DNA of 64,000 bases from an uncultured Acidobacteriota bacterium (GCA_963770895.1 CAVYRF010000002.1:4160001-4224000), one strand, 5' to 3'. Numbered from the stretch's first letter, positions 1 through 9,664 are shown. Translations and numbers: made by a program. Notes: generated by a model not told the origin, from the letters alone.

Positions 1-1
1 C

Positions 2-2281
2 GCCAACGCCCTGGACGTCGACAAGGCGGTCAAGACGGAGCTGCTGCGGCTGTCGAAGCGCTTCCCGCCGGGCCTCAAGGCGCTGGTGGCCTTTGACACC
101 ACGACGGTGGTGGGCGAATCGATCCGCGAAGTCCTCATCACGCTGCTCGAAGCGATCCTCTTCGTCATCGCGGTCATCTTCCTGTTCCTGCAGGACTGGC
201 GGACGACGCTCATCCCCGCGGTGACCATCCCGGTGTCGCTCATCGGCACCTTCGCCTTCATCAAGCTGCTGGGCTTTTCGATCAATACGCTCACCCTGTT
301 CGGCCTCACCCTGGCCACCGGCCTGGTGGTCGACGACGCGATCGTGGTGATCGAGAACATCCAGCGCCACATCAAAGAGAGCGCCGGCATGACGGTGCTG
401 CAGGCGGCGTCGATCGCCATGCGCGAGATCACCGGCGCGGTCGTCGCGACGTCGCTGGTGCTGGTGTCGGTGTTCGTGCCGGTGGCGTTCTTCCCCGGCA
501 CCACGGGCCTGCTATACAAGCAGTTCTCGCTGACGATCGCGTGCTCGGTGGCGATCTCAGCCTTCAACGCGCTCACCCTGACGCCGGCGCTGGCGGCGTT
601 GTGGCTGCGCCGCGAAGAGGAGGAGCACGGCGGCCTGTTCCGGGTCTTCAACCGCGGCATCGCGCGGCTCAACTCCGGCTACCACAGCCTGCTCAGCCTG
701 TTCGTGCGCGTGCGCTGGGTGGTGGTGGTGGTCTTCCTGTGCGGCCTGGCCCTCACCTTCCTGGTGTTCAAGCGCGTGCCCAGCGCCTTCGTGCCCGACG
801 AAGACCAGGGATATGTGATCATCATCATTCAGGCGCCGCCGGGAGCGTCGCTGGAATACACCACCGACATCGCCAACCGCGCCGGGGTGGTGCTTGCCCA
901 CACTCCCGAGATCGATCGCGTCTTCGCCGTCACCGGTTTCAGCTTCAGCGGCAGCGCGCCCAACGTCGGCCTGATGTTTGCCAGCCTCAAGCCGCTCGCC
1001 GAGCGGCGGGGCGCCGAGCACTCGGCGCAGGCGGTGACCGGCAGGCTGTTCGGACCGCTGTTCGGCGGTATCCCCGGCGCCCTGGTGATCCCGGTCCTGC
1101 CGCCGGCGATCCAGGGCTTGAGCACCTTCGGCGGCTTCCAGTTCGAAGTCCTGGACCAGAGCGGCTCGACGGTGCAGGCGCTGGCCGCGGCGACGCAGGA
1201 CCTGCTGGCCAAGGGCAACGCCGATCCGCACCTGCACGGTCTCTATTCCAGCTACACCGCCAACGACCCGCAGCTGCTGGTGACGATCGACCGCGAAAAG
1301 GCCAAGAGCCTCGGCGTTCAGCTGGGCCAGATCACCGACACGCTGCAGGTGTTCCTGGGTTCCGAATACATCAACGACTTTGACTTCAACAACCGGTCGT
1401 ACCGCGTCTACGCCCAGGCGGCCAGCCGCTTCCGCGCGCGCGGCGACGACATCAAGCAGTACTACGTGCGCTCCGACCGCGGCGCCATGGTGGCGCTCGA
1501 CAACCTGGTGCAGATCACCGAAACCACCGGGCCGCAGGTCATCAGTCATTACAACCTGTTCCGCTCCGCCGAGATCACCGGTTCGCCGGCGCCGGGCGCC
1601 AGCTCGGGCCAGGCGATCCAGGCCATGCAGCAGGTCGCCGGCAAGGTCCTGCCGCAGGGCTTCGGCTTCACCTGGTCCGGCCTGTCGCTGGAGGAGATCC
1701 AATCCGGCGGCCAGTCGATCCTGCTGTTCGCCCTGGGCCTGCTGGTGGTGTACCTGACGCTGGCGGCGCAATACGAAAGCTTCACCCTGCCGTTCATCAT
1801 CCTGCTCGCCGTGCCGCTGGCGATCCTGGGCGCGCTGTCGGCGGCGGCGTTGCGCGGGCTGCAGAACGACATCTACGTGCAGATCGGCCTGGTGATGCTG
1901 ATCGGTCTGGCAGCCAAAAACTCGATCCTGATCGTGGAGTTCGCCGAGCAGCTGCGCGAGCAGGGACACACCATCGTCGAGGCCGCCATCGAGGCGGCGC
2001 GCATCCGGCTGCGGCCCATCCTGATGACTTCGTTCGCCTTCATCCTGGGTGTGCTGCCGCTCGTCTTCGCGACCGGCGCCGGCCAGGAAGGGCGCCACTC
2101 GGTCGGCACCGCCGTGTTCGGCGGCATGCTGGTCTCAACCGTGCTCAACCTGGGCGTGATCCCGGTCCTTTATGTGATCATCCGTGCCATCTTCCCCGGG
2201 GGCGGGCGCCATGCGGTTCCGGCCACGCCGGCGCCGGCCGGACACCCGGCGGACCCCGCGACCCCCGAAAGGCTTGTGTGA
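2..2281 (+). CDS. RND efflux transporter permease (HAE1/AcrB family), 5'-truncated by the window edge
   Basis: Frame is open from position 2; TM4 GLVVDDAIVVIENI, GLAAKNSILIVEFA, RLRPILMTSFAF motifs. Confidence 0.95.
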   Translation, partial: ANALDVDKAVKTELLRLSKRFPPGLKALVAFDTTTVVGESIREVLITLLEAILFVIAVIFLFLQDWRTTLIPAVTIPVSLIGTFAFIKLLGFSINTLTLFGLTLATGLVVDDAIVVIENIQRHIKESAGMTVLQAASIAMREITGAVVATSLVLVSVFVPVAFFPGTTGLLYKQFSLTIACSVAISAFNALTLTPALAALWLRREEEEHGGLFRVFNRGIARLNSGYHSLLSLFVRVRWVVVVVFLCGLALTFLVFKRVPSAFVPDEDQGYVIIIIQAPPGASLEYTTDIANRAGVVLAHTPEIDRVFAVTGFSFSGSAPNVGLMFASLKPLAERRGAEHSAQAVTGRLFGPLFGGIPGALVIPVLPPAIQGLSTFGGFQFEVLDQSGSTVQALAAATQDLLAKGNADPHLHGLYSSYTANDPQLLVTIDREKAKSLGVQLGQITDTLQVFLGSEYINDFDFNNRSYRVYAQAASRFRARGDDIKQYYVRSDRGAMVALDNLVQITETTGPQVISHYNLFRSAEITGSPAPGASSGQAIQAMQQVAGKVLPQGFGFTWSGLSLEEIQSGGQSILLFALGLLVVYLTLAAQYESFTLPFIILLAVPLAILGALSAAALRGLQNDIYVQIGLVMLIGLAAKNSILIVEFAEQLREQGHTIVEAAIEAARIRLRPILMTSFAFILGVLPLVFATGAGQEGRHSVGTAVFGGMLVSTVLNLGVIPVLYVIIRAIFPGGGRHAVPATPAPAGHPADPATPERLV

Positions 2282-2288
2282 GGTAGCC

Positions 2289-3818
2289 ATGCATCCCACA
2301 CCGTTCCGCAATTCCCGATCGTTGCCATTGCCAACGCTGTCCGCGATAGCGTTGTTGTTGATGGGGCTGGGCGCCGGCGCGCGCGCCGGCGTGGCGCAGA
2401 CGACCTCCCCAGGCCCCGGCGCCCCAGGCGCGGGCGCTGCCGCCCCGGCAGACCCGGCGATGAACCCACCGGCACCTCCGGCCACCCCGGCAACCCCGGT
2501 GGTGCCGGCAACCGCTACGACGCCGACCGCGCCGGCCAACACCGCCCCTGCCGCCAGCGACACCGAGGGCACGGTCACCGCCCCGGCGACCGCGGCAACC
2601 GCGGTCGCCGTCGTGGCCGACGCCGAGCGCATCACCTTCCAGCAAGCCGTGGACCGTGCGCTGGCCGCCAACACCACAGTGCTGGAGGCCGTGGCGGAGG
2701 TGCTGCGCGCCGAAGCGCTGATCGGCGAGACGCGCGCCACCTCGCTGCCGAGCCTCAACGCCACCGCCGCCTACACCCGCTACCAATACAACAGCACATT
2801 CGGGGCGCTGGTGATCCAGCCGTTCGGCGTCAAGACGGAGACGGCCACCCTGTCGGCGCCCCTGGTCAACTTCACCAACTGGGGCAACTGGGCGCACGCC
2901 ATCGACAACCGCACCATCGCCCAGCTCTCCGTCGCCGACGCCAAGCGGCGCGTGGCGCAGGGGGCGGCCAACGCCTATCTGACGGTGATCGCCCGCCACC
3001 GCGTGCTGGACGCCAATCGCCTGGCGCTGGACACCGCCAAGGCCCACCTGGACGTGTCGCACCAGCGCCAGGTCGCCGGCGCGGCCAGCCGCCTCGAAGA
3101 GGTGCAGGCAGCGCAGGACGTATCCAACGACGAGGTGTTGGTGGAACAGTCGGCGCTCGACCTGCGCCGCGCCCAGGAAGCGCTGGGCGTGTTGGTCCAG
3201 GGCGACCGACCGTTCGATTCCGCCGACGAGCCCACCTTCGGCGACCTGGGACCGGTTGCCGACGCACTCAACGGCGTCGACGACCGGCGCGCCGACGTCA
3301 AGGTCCTGGCCATGCGCCAGGCCGCGGCGGAGCACGTGCTGCGTGACAGCTGGCGCGATTGGGTGCCGACCCTGGGCCTGAACTTCGAAGAGACTCTGCA
3401 GCAGCCCGGTACCGTCTTCCTGCTGCCGCACGAATGGCAGGCCGAGCTGCTGCTCACCATCCCGATCTTCGAAGGCGGCCTGCGCATCGCTCAAAAGCGC
3501 GAGCGCTCGGCCTTGGTGCAGGAGGCCCAGGACAACCTGGCCGGCGGCCGCGTCCAGGCGCGCTCCGACGTGCGCATCGCCAATGACGCCATCCGCCTTG
3601 CCGACCAGGGCCTGATCAGCGCCCGCCACGCCGCCCGCCAGGCCCACGACGCCCTGGACATCACCAACCTCAGCTACAACGCCGGCGCCTCCACCAGTCT
3701 GGACGTCCTGGACGCCCAGCGCCGCGCCCGCGACGCCGACACCTCCGTCGCCACCGCCGAAGACGCCGCCCGCCAGGCCCGCCTCGACTTCCTGGTCGGC
3801 AGCGGCCGCTTCCCTTAG
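2289..3818 (+). CDS. TolC-family outer membrane efflux protein
   Basis: ATG 2289 after GAGG; signal peptide, Pro/Ala/Thr linker, LTIPIFEGG and YNAGASTSLDVLDAQR motifs; follows the RND gene. Confidence 0.88.
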   Translation: MHPTPFRNSRSLPLPTLSAIALLLMGLGAGARAGVAQTTSPGPGAPGAGAAAPADPAMNPPAPPATPATPVVPATATTPTAPANTAPAASDTEGTVTAPATAATAVAVVADAERITFQQAVDRALAANTTVLEAVAEVLRAEALIGETRATSLPSLNATAAYTRYQYNSTFGALVIQPFGVKTETATLSAPLVNFTNWGNWAHAIDNRTIAQLSVADAKRRVAQGAANAYLTVIARHRVLDANRLALDTAKAHLDVSHQRQVAGAASRLEEVQAAQDVSNDEVLVEQSALDLRRAQEALGVLVQGDRPFDSADEPTFGDLGPVADALNGVDDRRADVKVLAMRQAAAEHVLRDSWRDWVPTLGLNFEETLQQPGTVFLLPHEWQAELLLTIPIFEGGLRIAQKRERSALVQEAQDNLAGGRVQARSDVRIANDAIRLADQGLISARHAARQAHDALDITNLSYNAGASTSLDVLDAQRRARDADTSVATAEDAARQARLDFLVGSGRFP

Positions 3819-4167
3819 CCGCTGGTCACGTCCGCTGGCGACGTCGCGCGTTCTGGCCCGCACGCCCGTCGCCAGCCGTTTCCCCCCAACCCTTAGCCGT
3901 CATTCTGCCGCCCGCGCCGCGCCGGCCTCCGGTTCCTGAACCCGGAGCCGGTGGGCGCGGCGCGGCTGCCACCCTCTCCGCCGCAGGCCGTCGGCCACCG
4001 GCCTGGGCTGGGCAACCCCTGCGATCCAAGCGCGGATACGTCGAACCGAAACGGGCCGATGCGCCACGGCGGGGCGAGAAGCCGTGCCGCAAGTCCGTCT
4101 AGAAAGGCGACATGGGCGCGCAACGGCACGACCCGGACACACACCAGGAGACGCGGCGGAGGGGGTT

Positions 4168-4176
4168 TGCTATGCT
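4168..4176 (+). promoter_or_regulatory. Putative extended -10 promoter of the CHAT operon
   Basis: TGcTATGCT (TGn-TAnnnT) in an AT-richer patch about 60 nt before GTG 4235. Confidence 0.35.
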
Positions 4177-4234
4177 TGTCAATAGAAGCAATTTTGCAAG
4201 CGAGACCGCAGGCTCATGGCCTTGGGGAGCTGAG

Positions 4235-7200
4235 GTGACACGTCGCGGCCGGTTCTGGTTGCGGGCGCTGCCCGTCGCGGCGCTGGCGCTGGCCGTGGCG
4301 CCGCTGCCGGCGCCCGAGCTGGCGGCGGGGGACGTGCACTACCGGTCGCCCTTCGCCGCGGCATTTGAATCGCTGCCCTGCAGCGACGGGCGCCTGCGCG
4401 GCTTCGATCCCTGCGGACCCGCGGAGGAAGCGACGCCCAGTGCCGAGGCTTCCCAGGCAGCGGCGGCCATCGAGCGGCGGCAGCACGCCAACGCCACGCC
4501 GGCCAACGATGCCCTGCTGGCGACGGTGCGCCTGGTGGATAACAAGGTGTTCGAGGCGGTGACGCTGCTGGAGATCGCCGTCGCCGACACGCCGGACAGC
4601 CAGGCGGCCGACAAGGCGGCATTCCTCAACGATCTGGCGGTTGCCTACCTGGCCCGCGCCACGGCGGCGAATTCGCCGCACGACCTGGCCCGCGCGTTGG
4701 ACGCCGCCAGCCAGGCGGGCGAGCTGTCGCCGGACCTGCCCGAGCCGTGCTTCAACCGTGCGGTCGCGCTCACGCGCCTGAGCTTGACCGAGCAGGCGGC
4801 GGCAGCATGGAAGAGCTGCGCCGCCGGCGAGCACGACGCGGATTGGCGACGCGAGATCGAGCGCCGCGAGAGCGCCCTGGCGGCACCGCCGACGGCGGCG
4901 GCCGCAGCGGAGGCGCAGGGACCGGGCGGCGTCGCGCCGGCGAGCGAAGACGATCCCAAGGCGAAGCGGGAGCAAGCGGTGGAAGGGATGCTGCCCGCAT
5001 GGGGCGCCGCCTTCATCGCGGGCCGTGCCAGGGATGCCGCGACCATCGCGGACGCTGGAGCGCGCAAGGGCAGAGAGCTGCTGGTTGCGAACGGCGACCC
5101 GACGGTTGCCGAAGTCTTCGCGCCCATCACCGGTGGTGGCAGCGTGGCAGGGCCGCCAGCGCGCCTGGCGGCCCTGGCAGCGGGGGCGAAGTTGTATGCG
5201 CAGGCACGCCAGGACCTGAACAAGTATCGGATCGCCGAAAGCTTGCAGGAGTTCGAGCAGGCGCGGGACCGGTTTATCCGCGCCGCCAGCCCGCTGGCGG
5301 GCTGGGCCGAGCTGGGTTCGATCTCGTGCGAGTTCTACCACGATCATTTTGACCAGAGCCTGGCGCGGTTGGGCGCCTTGCAGAGCACCCTCGACGAGGC
5401 GCGGTATCCGGTGCTGGCCGCCTATGTGCACTGGGTGCGCGGCATGGTGCATGCCCGGCTGGGCGACCTGCGGTCGGCACAGGGTGATTTCGAGCAGACG
5501 ACCAAGCTGTTCGACCGGTCGCACGAACGGGAGAACCAGGGCGCCGGCTACCAGCTGGTGGGCGAGATGGATCACCTGCTGGGTGACGAAGACAAGGCCT
5601 GGCGCGAGCGGCAGCAGAGCATGTACCTGCTGCGGGATACGCCGCTGTCGCGCCGCCGCCTGATGCTGCTGCGCGAGGCCGGCGAGTCGCTGCTGGCGGA
5701 GAGCCGCGGCCACGCCGCGATGGTCTTTCTGGACGAAGCGGTGAGGATTGCGGGGACACCGCGTGACCGCGCCGAAGCGCTGATGTGGCGTGTACGTGCC
5801 GCCAACCAGATCGGTCGCGCCGAAAGCGCCCGGATCGACCTCCAGGACGGGTTCCTGGCGGCGGCCGAAACCGACGACGTCAACCTGCGCGACCGGGTGG
5901 TCGCGGAGCTGAACGTCGCCGAGGCTGACCTGAAGAGCCGCACCGCTCCGCAGGCTGCGCTGGCGCTGCTCGATCAGGCGCAAGAGACGTACAAGCAGAA
6001 CGGCCACGTGCTGCCGCGCGCCGCGGTCTACCTGCTCCGCGCCCGGATCGAGGGTCAGCTGCGCCAGGTCGACCGGCAGCTGGCGGACCTGGCCGCGGGC
6101 GTGGAGCTGTTCGAAAGCCAGTGGCGCTCGCTCGACGACGAGCAGAAGCGGGTCACCTTCCTGGGCACCGCCTTGGATCTCTACGACCAGGCGATCGGCG
6201 TCAATGCCCAGCTTGGCGACGACGCGGCGGCGCTGGACCTGGCGGAACGCTCGCGCGCCTTTTGGAGCGGCGCGCCGGGAGCGGTGGACCCGTCCTGGCT
6301 GCGGGCGCTGGCGGCGGCGCCGTCCGCGGCGGGCGGCGGTTGCAGCGCGGCGGCGCCGCCTGGTCTGCCGGCCGGCGTCACGATCGTCGAATACGCGGTG
6401 GAACGCGACGGGCTGCTGATCTGGCTGCTGACCTGCCGCGGTCTGCGCTTGCAGACCTTCGCGGCCGACGAAGGCCGGGTGAACGCGGTGGCCAGCCGCC
6501 TGCGGGACGCGGCGCGTTTCGGCTCGGCTGCCACCGAGTTCACCGCCGCGGCCGAGGCTGCCTATGGGGTGCTGGTGCAGCCCATCGCCGGGGATCTGCC
6601 GGCAGGAGAGCAGCTGGTCTTCGTGCCGGACAAGGTGCTGTACGGCGTCCCCTTTGCAGCGCTGCGCGACCCCGGCAGCCGGCAGTACCTCATGCAGGGT
6701 CACGACGTCAGTATCGCGCCCAGCGCCACGTTCTTCGTCAGCGCCGCGCGGCCGGCGGCGGCGCGGCGGGCGACGGACGACCAGGACGCGCTGCTGGTCA
6801 GCCCGCAGCCCGTCGACCTCAAGGCGACGACGGGCGAGATCGACGACCTGCGCAACCTGTATCCGCACGCCGTCGTGCTGACCGGCGAAGATGCCGGCCA
6901 CGACCAGGTGCTGCAGGAGCTGGACAGCCATCCGGTGTTGCACTACGCCGGCCACGCAGAGGTGAACCCGACCAATCCGTTCGCCTCGAAGCTGCCGCTT
7001 GGCGGCGGCGCCAGCGATGCAATCCGCATGGGGGACCTGGCCGGGCCGGCCTTTGCGCACCTGGACCTGATCGTGCTGTCGGCCTGCAGCACGGTCGTTG
7101 CGGCGCCCACCCGCACGGGCGGTTTCCTGGGCCTGGCGCGGCCGTTCCTCAGCCGAGGGGCGCGCGCCGTCGTGGGCACACTCTGGGACGTGGACGACGC

Positions 7201-7363
7201 GGCCTCGCGATCCGTCGTCGTCGCGTTCCATCGCGCTCTGCGCCGTCCGGGCACCAGTACACCCGCGGCAGCGTTGCGCGCGGCACAGCAGCAATGCCTC
7301 GAGATGGGGCGTCCACCCTCGGCCTGGGCCGCCTTCGCGGTGGTCGGCGCCGGGACCAACTAA
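4235..7363 (+). CDS. TPR-repeat and CHAT-domain (caspase-like) protease with N-terminal signal/anchor; start uncertain (4172 or 4235)
   Basis: Helical TPR-like region (NDLAVAYL, FNRAVAL); CHAT motifs LVFVPDKVLYGVPFAAL, LHYAGHA (His), LIVLSACST (Cys), GARAVVGTLWDVDD, AALRAAQ, WAAF. Confidence 0.9.
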   Translation: MTRRGRFWLRALPVAALALAVAPLPAPELAAGDVHYRSPFAAAFESLPCSDGRLRGFDPCGPAEEATPSAEASQAAAAIERRQHANATPANDALLATVRLVDNKVFEAVTLLEIAVADTPDSQAADKAAFLNDLAVAYLARATAANSPHDLARALDAASQAGELSPDLPEPCFNRAVALTRLSLTEQAAAAWKSCAAGEHDADWRREIERRESALAAPPTAAAAAEAQGPGGVAPASEDDPKAKREQAVEGMLPAWGAAFIAGRARDAATIADAGARKGRELLVANGDPTVAEVFAPITGGGSVAGPPARLAALAAGAKLYAQARQDLNKYRIAESLQEFEQARDRFIRAASPLAGWAELGSISCEFYHDHFDQSLARLGALQSTLDEARYPVLAAYVHWVRGMVHARLGDLRSAQGDFEQTTKLFDRSHERENQGAGYQLVGEMDHLLGDEDKAWRERQQSMYLLRDTPLSRRRLMLLREAGESLLAESRGHAAMVFLDEAVRIAGTPRDRAEALMWRVRAANQIGRAESARIDLQDGFLAAAETDDVNLRDRVVAELNVAEADLKSRTAPQAALALLDQAQETYKQNGHVLPRAAVYLLRARIEGQLRQVDRQLADLAAGVELFESQWRSLDDEQKRVTFLGTALDLYDQAIGVNAQLGDDAAALDLAERSRAFWSGAPGAVDPSWLRALAAAPSAAGGGCSAAAPPGLPAGVTIVEYAVERDGLLIWLLTCRGLRLQTFAADEGRVNAVASRLRDAARFGSAATEFTAAAEAAYGVLVQPIAGDLPAGEQLVFVPDKVLYGVPFAALRDPGSRQYLMQGHDVSIAPSATFFVSAARPAAARRATDDQDALLVSPQPVDLKATTGEIDDLRNLYPHAVVLTGEDAGHDQVLQELDSHPVLHYAGHAEVNPTNPFASKLPLGGGASDAIRMGDLAGPAFAHLDLIVLSACSTVVAAPTRTGGFLGLARPFLSRGARAVVGTLWDVDDAASRSVVVAFHRALRRPGTSTPAAALRAAQQQCLEMGRPPSAWAAFAVVGAGTN

Positions 7364-7395
7364 TCCACCTGTATTTCGTATGTTTGGGAGGCCTT

Positions 7396-8427
7396 ATGAG
7401 TTTCGATTTGACAGTTGTATTCACGGGAGTGATGGCGTTTGTCAAGAACAGCAATGCCGCGAGCAAGGCCAAGATGTGCGTGCTGGTTCCCAACGCCGCC
7501 GCGACCGGCCGCATGTCGCAGTTCGACGGCCAGCCTCTGCTCAGGCACGTGGCGTTTGTCAGGTTTCCGATCGCCAACGTGTCCGGCCTGGACGGCGTGT
7601 ACGGCCAGGACAGCCTGGGTTTGTGGTACCTGACCGGCCAGCGGCTTTTCATCGAAACAGCCCCAACCCCTGGCAGCACGGATATGGCGCCGGAGAACGC
7701 TTTCAACATCAAGCGGCTGAAGCTCAAGCCGGGCCAGGAACATCCGAGCGATGCTCTGAACCTGAACGACCCTGACGACAGCAACAGCTTTTCCTGGGCG
7801 CTCAACATGCGGAAGGTGTGCAGCGGCTTCCAGGTCGATCGGACGCTGCTGGGCGATCAGGCCACTGCGGACCAGCTGGCCGCCCAGATCTTCCTGGACA
7901 GCGGCACGGTCTCTGCCAAAACCCTCACCAATGCGGTGTGGACGTTCGACAGTTGGCTCAATCCAGGACTGGCGACCAAGCCTTACACGCGGGTGCTGGC
8001 GCAGGAGGTGATGGTCTTTTACAAAGGCATCGACGCGGCGCGGATCAAGGCTATCAGCCTGGACGGCACCAGCCGCACCAAGTACCTCGATCTCACGAGC
8101 CTGCAGCGCGACGGCCAGCTGCAGATCACGATCGACAACACCTGCGACGACAATCCGCTGGAATGGCCGCGCGACGACGCGCCGCAGCCCGACCAGGACA
8201 CCCGCTGGATTTACGAGCTGCTCAGTCCCGGCGTTGCCAGGGACGTCAAGGCGACGCTGGCGGCCCAAGGCAGGCCGCTGCCGATCCCCACGCCCGTACC
8301 CGGCATGGTGGGGGGTATCGGCTCTCCCGGCTCGGGGAACTGCATCCCGCCCCGCGTCGATGACGCCCCCTTTGTGAACACCGAGATGGACGGCAAGCCG
8401 GCCGCTGAAGCGGAAGAGGAGGATTGA
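7396..8427 (+). CDS. Hypothetical protein (about 343 aa) downstream of the CHAT protease
   Basis: GGAGG RBS before ATG 7396; normal amino-acid composition from MSFDLTVVFTG; acidic C-terminus; no family recognised. Confidence 0.75.
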   Translation: MSFDLTVVFTGVMAFVKNSNAASKAKMCVLVPNAAATGRMSQFDGQPLLRHVAFVRFPIANVSGLDGVYGQDSLGLWYLTGQRLFIETAPTPGSTDMAPENAFNIKRLKLKPGQEHPSDALNLNDPDDSNSFSWALNMRKVCSGFQVDRTLLGDQATADQLAAQIFLDSGTVSAKTLTNAVWTFDSWLNPGLATKPYTRVLAQEVMVFYKGIDAARIKAISLDGTSRTKYLDLTSLQRDGQLQITIDNTCDDNPLEWPRDDAPQPDQDTRWIYELLSPGVARDVKATLAAQGRPLPIPTPVPGMVGGIGSPGSGNCIPPRVDDAPFVNTEMDGKPAAEAEEED

Positions 8428-8429
8428 CC

Positions 8430-8954
8430 ATGGCACTCGTCCCGAAATCTATCCAACCGCCCTGGTTCAGCCAGCAGCAGCGCGAGAACTGGTGCTGGGC
8501 GGCCTGCTGCAGCATGGCGCTCGGGATCAAGCCTATCGCCAAGACGCAGTGCGCCATCGCCCAGTCGTACTTTTCAAGAGACTTCTGCTGCCCGCCGGGC
8601 GCCTGCGATGCACCGTGCCAGCTGGCCGACGTGGTGACGGTCTTCAAGAACAACGGCCTGTCCGGCACCAAGGCCATTGGCCAGGCGCTCAAATCGGGCG
8701 ACCTCATCGCCGCACTGGCGCGCGGCCCCGTGGCAGTCGGCTTGCGGGGTAACAGTGGCATGCACATGATTCTCGTGTACGGATCCAATTGGAGCACGGC
8801 CAGCCCGGGCGGCGCCGGTGCTCCCGGCAATACCGATGGCGCGCTGTTCAAGATTGCCGATCCGGCGGAGCGATCGGTGGCGGTGGTCAGCTATGCCGAG
8901 CTCCAGACCAGCAACTCCTGGACCTGGGCGCTCGCCTGGACCGATCTGCGATAG
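8430..8954 (+). CDS. Papain-like cysteine protease (AvrRpt2/C39-like)
   Basis: QQQRENWCWAAC (Gln/Cys), HMILVYG (His), IADP (Asp); GAGGAGG RBS; Cys-rich insert. Confidence 0.82.
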   Translation: MALVPKSIQPPWFSQQQRENWCWAACCSMALGIKPIAKTQCAIAQSYFSRDFCCPPGACDAPCQLADVVTVFKNNGLSGTKAIGQALKSGDLIAALARGPVAVGLRGNSGMHMILVYGSNWSTASPGGAGAPGNTDGALFKIADPAERSVAVVSYAELQTSNSWTWALAWTDLR

Positions 8955-8965
8955 GAGATACGCAC

Positions 8966-9568
8966 ATGGTGACCACAGACTCTTTCAAAAACGATCCGCT
9001 GGTGGTCCGGCGGCTGCAAAGCTTCCTTGCCGCTCTTCCTGCTTCCGTTCACGCGAGTCTGCCCGCCGCGACGACCGGGATCGCGCGAGCGCTGCAGGTA
9101 TGGACGGTGTCTCTCGCCGACTTCCGGGCCGTCCGGGGCGCGGCGCCGGCGTGGAAAGGCAGGTGGCATCTCCAGCTGCAATCGCCCGGCCTGCCGGTTG
9201 CGGGTTTTGCCCTCGTCCTGCAGACGCCGGCGACCGCCACGGAAAAGCCGGCACTCGAGGTGCGGGCGGTCTACCCCTCGTCCATGGCGGCAGAGATCGA
9301 ACGCGCCTTTGAGACCCCGGCGCTGATGGCGGGCTCGGGTCTGGCGCGGCTGCTCGAAATCCACGAAGTGCAAATGCGGGCGCTGTGGATCACGGCGCCT
9401 GGAAAAGACGACAGCTATTATCCCCTGGGGCGCTTCGGCGCCGGCGAGCAGCTGATATCCAAGCAGGCGCTGATCGACAGGCTCCCCAGCCAGCCGGTCA
9501 CCGGGATCGCGCTGCCCATGAAGGTTTCCTATCCGCCACCTCCACCGCGCAAGGTTGCGCCTGGGTAG
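8966..9568 (+). CDS. Hypothetical protein, putative partner of the papain-like protease
   Basis: AGGAG RBS overlapping the upstream stop; ATG 8966; ARLLEIHEVQMRALWI segment. Confidence 0.7.
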   Translation: MVTTDSFKNDPLVVRRLQSFLAALPASVHASLPAATTGIARALQVWTVSLADFRAVRGAAPAWKGRWHLQLQSPGLPVAGFALVLQTPATATEKPALEVRAVYPSSMAAEIERAFETPALMAGSGLARLLEIHEVQMRALWITAPGKDDSYYPLGRFGAGEQLISKQALIDRLPSQPVTGIALPMKVSYPPPPPRKVAPG

Positions 9569-9577
9569 TGATCCTCT

Positions 9578-9609
9578 TCCCGGCGGCTTCTCCTGTGGGG
9601 CCGCCGGGA
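9578..9609. terminator. Stem-loop between convergent genes, possible terminator
   Basis: TCCCGGCGGC...GCCGCCGGGA 10-bp stem; no U-tract. Confidence 0.4.
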
Positions 9610-9664
9610 TCGATTCCAGGTGACAGGTGGTGGGTGGATGCGCCGGGGCCGGGTGGGGAAGGGA

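Noticed and set aside
3819-4170. Riboswitch or ncRNA upstream of the CHAT gene
   Set aside because: Only generic GC hairpins (e.g. GCTGGCGACG/CGTCGCCAGC); no family consensus seen
4214-7294. 1026-aa antisense ORF, and similar long antisense or frame-shifted ORFs throughout (e.g. 28507-31395, 36507-38987, 51003-53657)
   Set aside because: Shadow ORFs expected in high-GC DNA; they overlap well-supported genes and show no domain motifs
6121-7395. Long N-terminal extensions on real ORFs (6121, 13210, 46988-50344, 49630-52353, 56930-61240)
   Set aside because: Arg/Pro/Gly-rich read-through of overlapping genes; true starts were assigned from RBS position, coupling and composition change
7396-8427. 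Gene 2 as a bacterial gasdermin
   Set aside because: No N-terminal Cys motif or other gasdermin features recognisable by eye; a fold search is needed, so it is left as unknown
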